64,000 nt of DNA from Desulfuromonadales bacterium (GTDB lineage: Bacteria; Desulfobacterota; Desulfuromonadia; Desulfuromonadales; JACZKF01). Where the stretch lies: positions 2,187 through 66,186 of the forward strand of contig JARFUG010000010.1 of assembly GCA_029289095.1 (NCBI GenBank), read 5' to 3'. Positions 37,637 to 46,395 of this stretch are shown here, piece by piece; the stretch's first letter is position 1; each line of letters starts with the position of its first letter. The translations under genes were made by a program, and so were the position numbers. Under the pieces are notes generated by a model, which made no database searches, was not told the origin of the DNA, and was given only the letters and a program-made list of their open reading frames with translations.

Positions 37637-38092
37637 TCAAATGTCCTTCAGTCCCAGCGCGCTGCGAACCAGCACGTTCTTTTCTCTCGTCTCCTGTCCC
37701 AGAAGCGAGCTGAAGATCTCCTTCACCTCGTCCGACGGACTCCGATCGACCATCTCCTCGTAAAGTTCGATCAGTTTGGCGTCGAGTTCCACGGCGAGAT
37801 CGAGAACATCGTCGAAATCCATGTCGGCGGTCGCGTCGACCAGACGCAGCGCTTTGAAGATATCCTCGTCGTGCGTGTACTTGAACCACCCGGAGAGGAC
37901 CCGTTCGGACGAATCGCACCGGAATTCGTTGATCCTGCGCTCGAGGGCCTTTTCGTGACGAACCATGTAGTCGAGGAGCATCTGCACCCGCTGGTCACTC
38001 GCATGCTCCATGAGCTGCTGAAACAGCGCGCCGGCCTCCCGATGAAACTTCACGACGTGATCCAGAACATCCCTGGTCTGCTCATATCGCAT
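37637..38092 (-). CDS. Ferritin-like four-helix protein
   Basis: Helical, with LLDYMVRHE, LIELYE and QETRE patterns. GGAGG RBS. Ends 4 nt before nqrA. Confidence 0.65.
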   Translation of the reverse strand: MRYEQTRDVLDHVVKFHREAGALFQQLMEHASDQRVQMLLDYMVRHEKALERRINEFRCDSSERVLSGWFKYTHDEDIFKALRLVDATADMDFDDVLDLAVELDAKLIELYEEMVDRSPSDEVKEIFSSLLGQETREKNVLVRSALGLKDI

Positions 38093-38162
38093 TTTGTTTC
38101 CCTCCGTGAAAGACAGAGCATTCCTGCTGATCAGCTACGCCCGCGGCGCACGGACCTTGACC

Positions 38163-38882
38163 TCACGGCGTGAGGCCGAGAGCACCCGCCAGCCCCTGCA
38201 GGGCCGTCCGGCAGTCTCCGGTGTAGTACGAGCCGTGCATGAGGGCCAGCCCCTTCGGATCGAGCCCCGCCAGGCGCTCCAGGGTGGGAGGAGCCAGGGG
38301 AGTCGCCGGAAAGGCTCCGTGCAGGGGTCCGCCCTCGAAGCGTCTGTGGGTTTCGCGGGCGCGTTCGAGGAGATCTCCGTCAAAGACCGCTTCCACATTG
38401 CCCTGATGCAGGAAGAGATCTGAGCAGAGGAGGATTTTCCCGGTCTCCTCGAAAAGAAGCGATGCGTCCCATCCGTGAGGGACCTGCGGGGTTTCGAGCA
38501 GACGGAAGCGGCGCCGTCCCGTCGTCAGGACCTCGCCGTCGGCCAGAACCCTCGGGCGCCGGTCGGCATGATCGCTGATGTTGATCGCCGCAGCGATGAC
38601 GCCGCATACCGGAAGCGCCCCGGGGGCGGTCTCGAGCCACTCGTTAAGAGCCCCGCACTCGTCGGCCTCGAAGTGGCTGAAGCCGATCCAGCGCAGCCTT
38701 GCCGGGTCCATGACCTCGGCCACCCCCTTTCGCACCAGGGGAAAGAAGCTGCGCAGACCGGCATGATAGAGGAGCGGCTCTTCATCGAGGAAGAGAAAGT
38801 GGTTGAACTGCAGATCAGCCTTCCCGAAATAGAGGGAGAGCCTGAAGAGGTCGGGAGCGATCTCGTGCACAACGGTCTTCAT
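38163..38882 (-). CDS. Metallo-beta-lactamase-fold di-iron protein (ODP/FprA N-domain-like)
   Basis: SHFEADECG, PHGWD, SDLF and MHGS motifs. Confidence 0.85.
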   Translation of the reverse strand: MKTVVHEIAPDLFRLSLYFGKADLQFNHFLFLDEEPLLYHAGLRSFFPLVRKGVAEVMDPARLRWIGFSHFEADECGALNEWLETAPGALPVCGVIAAAINISDHADRRPRVLADGEVLTTGRRRFRLLETPQVPHGWDASLLFEETGKILLCSDLFLHQGNVEAVFDGDLLERARETHRRFEGGPLHGAFPATPLAPPTLERLAGLDPKGLALMHGSYYTGDCRTALQGLAGALGLTP

Positions 38883-39057
38883 GGATCTCCTGGTCACCGG
38901 GGAATGCGCTCGAATTAAAATAGCATCAATGAGCTCTCAGTCAACTTCGGGGAGCGCATTTCCTCTTTTGCACACTTCCGGCGCCGCAATCGGAGGAGCG
39001 CACCGGGAATAAGGAAAAAAACGAGGAAGCCTTGGCCCCATCGGATGAATCTGATAG

Positions 39058-39077
39058 ATTTGACAGGTTGTCAATTT
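39058..39077. promoter_or_regulatory. Palindromic operator candidate upstream of the RND operon
   Basis: TTGACA-GGT-TGTCAA dyad in an AT-rich patch, 18 nt before the MFP start. Confidence 0.5.
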
Positions 39078-39092
39078 GATTACGGAGGCGAA

Positions 39093-40163
39093 ATGCGCAG
39101 ATTCATTCTCTCTCTGTCCGCCCTTTTGCTCCTGTCGGGGTGCGGCGACAGGGACAACGGCCCTCAACAGACCGGGCCGCCGCCTCGAACGGTGGAAGTG
39201 GCCGAGGTGCAGGTCCAACCCATGTCCGAGTCGGTCAATCTTGTCGGATCGATCGCCGCGGCCGAAAGCACTGAAATCCGCCCGGAGATATCCGGCAGGA
39301 TCGAAGAGATCCGGTTTCAGGAGGGAGACCGGGTCCGGCAGGGCCAGGTCCTGTTCCGCCTCGACGACCGGGAGCTTCGCGCCCAGCTCCTCGAGGCACG
39401 CACGAGGGTCAACCTAGCACGACAGGAGCTCACCCGCGGCAGGGATCTCATGGCCGAGCGCTTCATCTCCCGCGCGGAGCTCGACCGCCTTCAGGCCGAT
39501 TTCGAGCGCGCCGAAGCCGAATTCACCCGGTTGAACGTGCGGGTGGAGATGACGCAGATCCGCGCCCCCTTCTCCGGGGTCGTCGGTGCGCGCAACGTAT
39601 CGCCGGGGAGCGTCGTCACCACCGACACGGTCCTGACCCGCATCGACGATCTAAGTCGTCTCAAGATCGAGTTCATGGTCCCCGAGCGTTTTTTGCCGCA
39701 AGTCGAGATCGGCGCCCTTGTCCGGCTCCCTGAGCGGGAACTGGCCGATTCGTCCATCCCGCACGGCACCGTCTATTTCATCAGCCCCCATCTCGACCGC
39801 CAGCGCCGCGCCGCGGAGGTGAAGGCTCTCGTCGAAGACCCCTCGCCGCGCCTGCGCCCGGGGATGTTCGCCGATGTCGAACTCGTCCTTCGCACGGTGG
39901 ACGAGGCCCTCACCGTCCCGGAGGGAGCTATCCTCTCGCGCGCCGACGGCCATTTCCTCGTTGCCGTGCGCAACAACGAAGGGAGCTCCGTGGCAGCCTT
40001 CGTTCCCGTCGAACTCGGGATCCGCCAACGCGGGGTGGTGCAGGTCATCCCCAGAAACGACGAGCCGTTCCCCGGTCAGATGATCGTATCGGCCGGCGTC
40101 GGCGCCCTTCCCCTTTTCCCAGGCGCTCCCCTTCTGCCGCAATCCGCAGGGCAAAGAGACTAG
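39093..40163 (+). CDS. RND efflux membrane fusion lipoprotein
   Basis: LSGC lipobox, EGDRVRQGQVLFRLD, IRAPFSG and LRPGMF motifs. Confidence 0.93.
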   Translation: MRRFILSLSALLLLSGCGDRDNGPQQTGPPPRTVEVAEVQVQPMSESVNLVGSIAAAESTEIRPEISGRIEEIRFQEGDRVRQGQVLFRLDDRELRAQLLEARTRVNLARQELTRGRDLMAERFISRAELDRLQADFERAEAEFTRLNVRVEMTQIRAPFSGVVGARNVSPGSVVTTDTVLTRIDDLSRLKIEFMVPERFLPQVEIGALVRLPERELADSSIPHGTVYFISPHLDRQRRAAEVKALVEDPSPRLRPGMFADVELVLRTVDEALTVPEGAILSRADGHFLVAVRNNEGSSVAAFVPVELGIRQRGVVQVIPRNDEPFPGQMIVSAGVGALPLFPGAPLLPQSAGQRD

Positions 40164-40169
40164 AAGAGC

Positions 40170-43100
40170 ATGGTCCTTTCAGAGTTTTCGATACGCCGCC
40201 CCATCGTCTGCACCGTCATCAGCCTCCTGATCGTCCTGGTGGGCCTTCTGGCCTTCAATCTGCTGCCGGTGCGCGAGTATCCCGACGTCGACCCTCCCGT
40301 CGTCTCGGTCACCACCGTCTACCCCGGCGCTTCGGCCGAGGTCGTCGAGCTTCGGGTGACCGAGCCCCTCGAGGAGCAGATCTCGACCATCGACGGCATC
40401 CGGGTTCTCAAGTCGGTTTCCCGCGAGCAGGTCTCGCAGATCACCATCGAGTTCGAACTGGTGCGCAACATCGACGAGGCGGCCAACGACGTGCGCGACC
40501 GGGTGGGCCGGGCCCGAGGCCGCCTTCCGACGGAGGTGCAGGAGCCCTCGGTCTCCAAGACCGAGGCCGATAGCCGACCTTTCCTCTGGATCTCCATCAA
40601 CTCGGATCGCCACAGCCGCACCGAGCTCACCGAGCTCGCCGACCGCTACGGCAAGCGCCTGCTCCAGACCCTTCCCGGAGTCGCCAACGTCATCATTGGC
40701 GGCGAGCGCCGCCACGCCATGAGAATCTGGCTCAACCCGACCCTTTTGGCCGCCCACGAGCTGACCGCCGGCGATGTCGAGCGCGCCCTGCGCGAGCAGA
40801 ATGTCGAGATCCCGGGGGGGCGCATCGAATCGCAGACCCGTGAGTTCACCGTGCGGGTGCAGGGGGACCTGGCCACCGAGGAGGAGTTCAACAACCTCGT
40901 CCTTTTCGCCGATGCCGGACGCCAGGTTCGCCTGGCCGACGTGGGGCGAGCCGAACTCGGCTCCGAAGACTACCGCACCCTCACCTTCTTCAACGGCCGC
41001 CCGACGGTGGGACTGGGGATCGTGCGCCAGTCTCAATCGAACCTCCTCGATGTCGCCGAGCGCGTGAAGGAGAGGATCCCCGAGATCCGCGCCCAACTCC
41101 CCGAGGGGGTCGAGGTCAACGCCGCCTACGACGCCTCCCTCTTCGTTCAGCGCTCCATCAACGAGGTGATCCTGACCATCTTCTTCGCCTTTTCCCTCGT
41201 CATCCTCGTTGTCTTCGCCTTCCTGCGCAACCTGCGCGCCACTCTCATTCCGCTCATCGCGGTGCCGGTCTCGCTCATCGGTTCCTTCGCCGTCATGCAT
41301 GCCCTCGGCTTCTCGATCAATATCCTGACCCTGCTCGCCCTCGTTCTGGCGGTGGGTCTCGTCATCGACGACGCCATCGTCATGCTCGAAAACATCTACC
41401 GGCGCCTGGAGGGGGGGGAGGAGCTGATCGCCGCCGCCTATTCGGGGAGCCGTCAAGTCGCTTTCGCCATCATTGCCACGACCCTCTCGCTCATCGCCGT
41501 CTTTCTCCCCGTCGCCTTCCAGCGCGGGGCGACCGGGCGCCTCTTCTACGAATTCGGCATCACGCTCGCCATCGCCGTCTCAGTTTCGAGCTTCGTCGCG
41601 CTCACCCTTACGCCGATGCTCTGCTCGCGCTTCCTGAAGAACCCGAAGGAGAAGAAGCATTCCCGGCTCTACTTCGCCATGGAGGACGCTCTCGACTGGC
41701 TCAATGCGCGCTACAGCGCCGCCCTCACGGTCGTTCTGGCGCACCGTGCAAAAGCGATCGTCTTCGCTCTGGTTTTCACCGTCGCCGGCATGAGCCTCTA
41801 CCCCTTCCTGCAGCGCGAGCTCGTCCCCGAGGAGGACCGGGGGATCTTCATCTCTCTGTTCAAGGGTCCCCTCGGATCGACCCCCCAGTACACCCGCTCC
41901 TATGTCGAGGAGATGGAGCGCATCGTCCTCGCCATCCCCGAGGTGGAGCGAAACTTCAGCATTTCGGCCGTCGGATTCGGCACCCCCGGCGTGGGGAATG
42001 AAGGACTGATGTTCACGGGCCTCGTCCCCTGGGAGGAGCGCGGCCGCAAGACCCAGCAGATCATCGGGGAGCTCTTCGGCGCCTATGGCCAGCAGGTCAC
42101 CGGCGGCATGGCGTTCCCGGTGCCGGTGCGCCCGCTGGGGCGGGGACTCGGCGGAAGCATCGAATTCGTCCTGCGGGGGACCGATTTCGGCGACCTGCAG
42201 CAGGCCGGAGACCAGATGGTTGCGGCCATGCGCGAGAGCGGCATGTTCGCTCAGCCGAGGGTCGAGCCTGCACCCAACAAGCCGCAGCTCGACGTGACGG
42301 TCGACCGCGCCAGGGCCGCCGACCTCGGAGTGCCGATCGCCTCGGTCGCCACCACGCTGGAAACCCTCTTCGGGGGGCGCGAGGTGACCCAGTTCCGACG
42401 GGGCAACGACCAGTACGAGGTCATCGTCCAGGTCGAGGACGCCGAGCGGGCCACCCCCGCCGATCTCGGACGCATCTACGTGCGAGCCGGCAACGGCGGA
42501 CTCGTCCCCTTGAGCAGCCTGGTGCAGCTCGAGGAGACGGTCATCCCCGAGAACTATCCGCACTTCGACCGCTTCCGGTCCGTCTCGATCGTCGCCCAGA
42601 TGGCCGCAGGGCGCACCCTCGGCGACGGCGTCGATTTCATGGAGGAGACCGCCGCCCGGGTTCTGCCGACAGGGATCGGCTACGCCTGGGACGGCGAAGC
42701 GCGAGATTTTATCGAAGGAGTCGGCGCCACCTTCTTCCTCTTCCTCCTGGCGCTCCTTTTCACCTTCCTCGTTCTGTCGGCGCAGTTCGAGTCGTTCGTC
42801 CACCCCGTCACCATCTTTTCCGGGGTCGCCATGGCGATTTCCGCCGGGCTCATCGTCCTGTTCAGCAGTCGATTCCTCGGGATGCCGATCACGGACAACC
42901 TCTTCTCACGCTTCGGTCTGATCATGCTCATCGGCCTGGTGGCCAAGAACGGCATCCTCATCGTCGAGTTCGCCAACCAGCTTCAGGTCCAGGGGAAGAA
43001 CGCCATGGAAGCCGCCTATGAGGCGGCAAAGCTGCGCTTCCGGCCGATCCTGATGACCGCCATCTCCACGATCTTCGGCGTCATGCCCCTGGCGCTCGCC

Positions 43101-43322
43101 ATCGGCGCCGGCGCCGAGACCCGCAACGCCCTCGGCATCGTCGTCGTCGGAGGGTTGAGCATCGCCACCTTCTTCAGCCTCTTTGTCGTACCCGCCGTCT
43201 ACGTCAGTCTCGATGCCGTCATGATGCGATGGACGGGACACTCGAGCGCCTACGGCCTGATCCGCGCCGCCAGAATCCGCGAGCGGATGGAGCAGCGCCA
43301 CGGCCAGTTGCCGGGGGAATGA
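40170..43322 (+). CDS. RND efflux permease (AcrB/HAE1 family)
   Basis: 1050 aa. GLVIDDAIVMLEN, KNGILIVEFA and RFRPILMT motifs. Confidence 0.96.
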   Translation: MVLSEFSIRRPIVCTVISLLIVLVGLLAFNLLPVREYPDVDPPVVSVTTVYPGASAEVVELRVTEPLEEQISTIDGIRVLKSVSREQVSQITIEFELVRNIDEAANDVRDRVGRARGRLPTEVQEPSVSKTEADSRPFLWISINSDRHSRTELTELADRYGKRLLQTLPGVANVIIGGERRHAMRIWLNPTLLAAHELTAGDVERALREQNVEIPGGRIESQTREFTVRVQGDLATEEEFNNLVLFADAGRQVRLADVGRAELGSEDYRTLTFFNGRPTVGLGIVRQSQSNLLDVAERVKERIPEIRAQLPEGVEVNAAYDASLFVQRSINEVILTIFFAFSLVILVVFAFLRNLRATLIPLIAVPVSLIGSFAVMHALGFSINILTLLALVLAVGLVIDDAIVMLENIYRRLEGGEELIAAAYSGSRQVAFAIIATTLSLIAVFLPVAFQRGATGRLFYEFGITLAIAVSVSSFVALTLTPMLCSRFLKNPKEKKHSRLYFAMEDALDWLNARYSAALTVVLAHRAKAIVFALVFTVAGMSLYPFLQRELVPEEDRGIFISLFKGPLGSTPQYTRSYVEEMERIVLAIPEVERNFSISAVGFGTPGVGNEGLMFTGLVPWEERGRKTQQIIGELFGAYGQQVTGGMAFPVPVRPLGRGLGGSIEFVLRGTDFGDLQQAGDQMVAAMRESGMFAQPRVEPAPNKPQLDVTVDRARAADLGVPIASVATTLETLFGGREVTQFRRGNDQYEVIVQVEDAERATPADLGRIYVRAGNGGLVPLSSLVQLEETVIPENYPHFDRFRSVSIVAQMAAGRTLGDGVDFMEETAARVLPTGIGYAWDGEARDFIEGVGATFFLFLLALLFTFLVLSAQFESFVHPVTIFSGVAMAISAGLIVLFSSRFLGMPITDNLFSRFGLIMLIGLVAKNGILIVEFANQLQVQGKNAMEAAYEAAKLRFRPILMTAISTIFGVMPLALAIGAGAETRNALGIVVVGGLSIATFFSLFVVPAVYVSLDAVMMRWTGHSSAYGLIRAARIRERMEQRHGQLPGE

Positions 43323-43333
43323 ACGACTCTTTC

Positions 43334-43388
43334 TCCCCTCCACGAAAAAAGCCGCCCGGGAAAGGGCGGCTTTTTTCGTGGAGGGGAG
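43334..43388. terminator. Bidirectional terminator
   Basis: CTCCCCTCCACGAAAAAAGCCGCCC-GGGAAA-GGGCGGCTTTTTTCGTGGAGGGGAG between convergent genes. Confidence 0.85.
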
Positions 43389-43396
43389 TCGCCCGC

Positions 43397-44206
43397 TCAA
43401 CCGGCGACGAGGCTCTTCCAGTTTCCCCGGGTGAGAAAACTTTCGTCGGCTTCGGCTTCCATCTGCAAAAAGAGGGAGAACGGCATACTGACAGTCAGGA
43501 GGTTCTCTCCCAGGCTGCTCTTGAGGACCTTCCTGGCCGTGATGTCGAACATCCCGATGACCGCCTTCGGATTCTCGGCGTCCACCTGCCTGTAGGTGAG
43601 TATCCCCAATGACTGACACCCCGCGGCGAAAGGAGCGATCGCGTTTTCTATCCCCGGCCGGTGATAGTTGCACAGCACCACGAGGGCCGAGAGCTGATCC
43701 GGGTTGCAGAAGAAGGTCACGCTGACGGGCGTCTCGCTCGCATTGAGCCTGCTCAGGGGCTTGAAGACGGTGATGCGGGGGATATCCATGAAGCCGAGTT
43801 CCCGGATGAAGTCCTCGACCAGTTCGGGACTTTTCACGTAGCGCTCGCCGTCGAGATATTCCTCGACGAAATGGGCGGGCGCCTTCCCCTGCATGTGAGC
43901 GGCCACCCCTTCGCCCTTCGGATATCCCCTGTTTCCATTTGAAAGAAAGCGTGCAAAACAGTCGACCCCGCCTGGAAAGTTCTCGTACTGGTTGCCGTAT
44001 CCCAGCCCGACGCCCCCACCGGGACACCCGAAGGTCTCGTGATCGACGGCGCAGATCTTCCCTTTTGCGCTCGCCGCCAGAAGCGACATGACACAGCCGC
44101 GCCGGTCCTTGCTGAACTGGATCTTCTCCTCAGGCATCGTTTCGGTCCACAAGGTGACGACCGGTTCGCTCTGCAACCCCAGATAAGAACTGATCTTGCT
44201 TTCCAT
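43397..44206 (-). CDS. DUF169 family protein
   Basis: GCPGG, NPDQLSAL, PFAAGC and GMFDITAR motifs. Confidence 0.8.
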   Translation of the reverse strand: MESKISSYLGLQSEPVVTLWTETMPEEKIQFSKDRRGCVMSLLAASAKGKICAVDHETFGCPGGGVGLGYGNQYENFPGGVDCFARFLSNGNRGYPKGEGVAAHMQGKAPAHFVEEYLDGERYVKSPELVEDFIRELGFMDIPRITVFKPLSRLNASETPVSVTFFCNPDQLSALVVLCNYHRPGIENAIAPFAAGCQSLGILTYRQVDAENPKAVIGMFDITARKVLKSSLGENLLTVSMPFSLFLQMEAEADESFLTRGNWKSLVAG

Positions 44207-44376
44207 AAGTCTCCTCCGCGATTCTGGTTGGATGACGCGACCGCATTCGACGGTAGGCTAATCGCAGTCGGCTGTCAACCTTCTTCCGGACGCCCCGGTT
44301 TGACTTCTCCCCCCCCTGCACCTAAACTTTTTGTATATGTGTCTTAATCCCTGTCTTTAACGAAAGGAGAAGACCC

Positions 44377-44946
44377 ATGGCGAAAAGTGCGAAAACTGTC
44401 GTAGGCCTTATCGACGATTTCGAGGGGGCGCGAGAAACGATAGACGACCTCATCGGTGACGGTTTTTCCCGCGATTCGATCGGGATCATCGCGAAAGAAG
44501 AGAAATCGAGGACTGCCCAGGGACGCGAGAGGATCAGCGACGAACAGATCAAAGGGGTGAAAGTCGGAGTGGAAGCCGGGGCCGGCGTCGGCGCTCTTGC
44601 AGGGCTGCTCATCGGCGCCGGGGCCTTTACCGTCACCGGTCTCGGCGCGGTCGTCGCCGCGGGCCCCATCGCTGCAGCCCTCGCGGGAGCGGGACTCGGC
44701 GCGGTGACCGGCGGGGTCTACGGCGCCATCCGCAACCTGGGTGTCCCGGAAAACGAAGCGAAGTTCTATGCGGAAGGGGTGCAGCGCGGCGGCGTCCTGG
44801 TCACCGTCGAAACCGACGAAGCCGGCGCGGAGCGCGCTGCGGACATCCTTAAAAGCCACGGAGCCGTCGACATCGACCAGCGTAGCGAAAAGTGGAAAGG
44901 CTCCGGACGGGAGGAGGCCGAGCCCCGTGAGCGCCCGCCCATGTAG
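44377..44946 (+). CDS. General stress protein (YflT-like, glycine zipper)
   Basis: TVVGLIDD start, Gly/Ala-rich hydrophobic hairpin, GVPENEAKFYAEGVQRGG. Confidence 0.85.
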   Translation: MAKSAKTVVGLIDDFEGARETIDDLIGDGFSRDSIGIIAKEEKSRTAQGRERISDEQIKGVKVGVEAGAGVGALAGLLIGAGAFTVTGLGAVVAAGPIAAALAGAGLGAVTGGVYGAIRNLGVPENEAKFYAEGVQRGGVLVTVETDEAGAERAADILKSHGAVDIDQRSEKWKGSGREEAEPRERPPM

Positions 44947-44951
44947 GAGCG

Positions 44952-45386
44952 CTACCCGCGAGTTTTCTCCCAGGAGCGTATCGGCCCGGGAACGATGCGG
45001 AAGAGTGGATGAGCCTGCGGCGCCTCTGACCGCGGGAGCCGGGATAGGGTCTGCGGGCTGCGCACGGCAAGCTTCGCCTGCAGGTGACCCAGCTCAAAGA
45101 GGAGCTGCCCCTCGGTCTCTTCGAGAACGCAGTCGATGCCGGGGTGCGCGATCCGCGCCCTGTCGAAACCGTATCCGCGGGCATCCGCCTCGTCGGCAAT
45201 CGCGGTCAGAAAGGCGCCGATGGCTCCGAGCGGATCAGGGCAGGCGCGAAAACGCTGGAGTTGCGGATGATGCCGGTAACCTCTGGTCGCTCCGCACAGC
45301 ACCCGCTGGGCAAGGAGCGCTTCGCGCCACAGGGCCGTCAATCCCCTGGCGTCGAGGTACCGGGGGTGGAGCGTCCAGAGCCTCAC
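44952..45386 (-). CDS. Pyrimidine dimer DNA glycosylase / T4 endonuclease V-like
   Basis: MRLWTLHPRYLDARGLTALWREALLAQ and GYRHHPQL. GTG start overlaps the mscS stop. Confidence 0.88.
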   Translation of the reverse strand: MRLWTLHPRYLDARGLTALWREALLAQRVLCGATRGYRHHPQLQRFRACPDPLGAIGAFLTAIADEADARGYGFDRARIAHPGIDCVLEETEGQLLFELGHLQAKLAVRSPQTLSRLPRSEAPQAHPLFRIVPGPIRSWEKTRG

Positions 45387-46231
45387 GGGGGGGACTCTGT
45401 TTTTTTCCTGTACTCGGCCCACGACGCGAGGAACCGGCGCAGGATCGCCTGCTCGAGTCGGCTCTGGCGCCGCACGGGAGCCGGAATGCGCAAAAGGAGC
45501 TGAATCCGGTTCGGCTCCGGCATCTCCACCGTGACGCGCGGCTCCACGGAAATCGGCTCGAGCCCCTGCTGCGACGCGAGCCTGCTCATGTGTACCCGTG
45601 CCTCTTCCAGGAAAAGAGCGCATTCGGCATCCGCCGCCTCCAGCAGCAATCTTTCCGCCTGCGTCCAGTCATTATCGAGATTCCAGGGAATCGTGACGAC
45701 GTGAACCAGATAATCCCCCATGTACGAATGGTTCACCAGGGGCATGTTGAGCAGCATGCTGTTGGGGATGGTGACGGAGCGCCCCGTGTACTGGTGGGAT
45801 CCCTTGCCGGGGCCGACTTCGCGCAGCGTGGCGGCGAATATGTTGATGTCGACGACATCGCCGCGCACGCCGCCGATCTCGATGAGGTCTCCGAGCGAGA
45901 AGGCTTTGGAGCCGGCCCGCAGGACCGCCCCGCTGAAGCACAGGATCAGTTCCTTGGTGGCGATGACGAGAGCGGCCGCGATGGCCACCAGGGAAACGGC
46001 CAGGGTAAAGAGTTCGTTGGCCCAGATGAAGACGAGGCCGACGAGAAGGACCATGAGGATCGCATTTCGGCTGTTCACGATCCAGCGGCGCCGCGCCTCG
46101 GGGGTCAATTCCTCGCGGTGGAGAACCTTTCGCAGCACCAGCATCCGAAGGCCGATCACGGCGGCGAGAAAGACCAGAGAGATGAGAGAGTTGGCCAGGA
46201 TCGTCCCGACCGATCTTTCGAAAAATTCCAT
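45383..46231 (-). CDS. MscS-family mechanosensitive channel
   Basis: Three TMs, FSLGDLIEIGGVRGDV and VTIPNS motifs. Confidence 0.9.
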   Translation of the reverse strand: MEFFERSVGTILANSLISLVFLAAVIGLRMLVLRKVLHREELTPEARRRWIVNSRNAILMVLLVGLVFIWANELFTLAVSLVAIAAALVIATKELILCFSGAVLRAGSKAFSLGDLIEIGGVRGDVVDINIFAATLREVGPGKGSHQYTGRSVTIPNSMLLNMPLVNHSYMGDYLVHVVTIPWNLDNDWTQAERLLLEAADAECALFLEEARVHMSRLASQQGLEPISVEPRVTVEMPEPNRIQLLLRIPAPVRRQSRLEQAILRRFLASWAEYRKKTESPP

Positions 46232-46395
46232 CGTGCGCAAAATCCGGGGAAAAGATCCTGCCGGGGGTGAGCCCCGGCCGGAAAGGGAGAACGAGCCGTA
46301 CTGCGGCATTAAAGCACGAGACGGGGAGCGATTCGAGATATTTTAACACTTCCCTGCTCGCGCCGCACCGCCTCTCCTCAAGGAGCGATCGCAGC

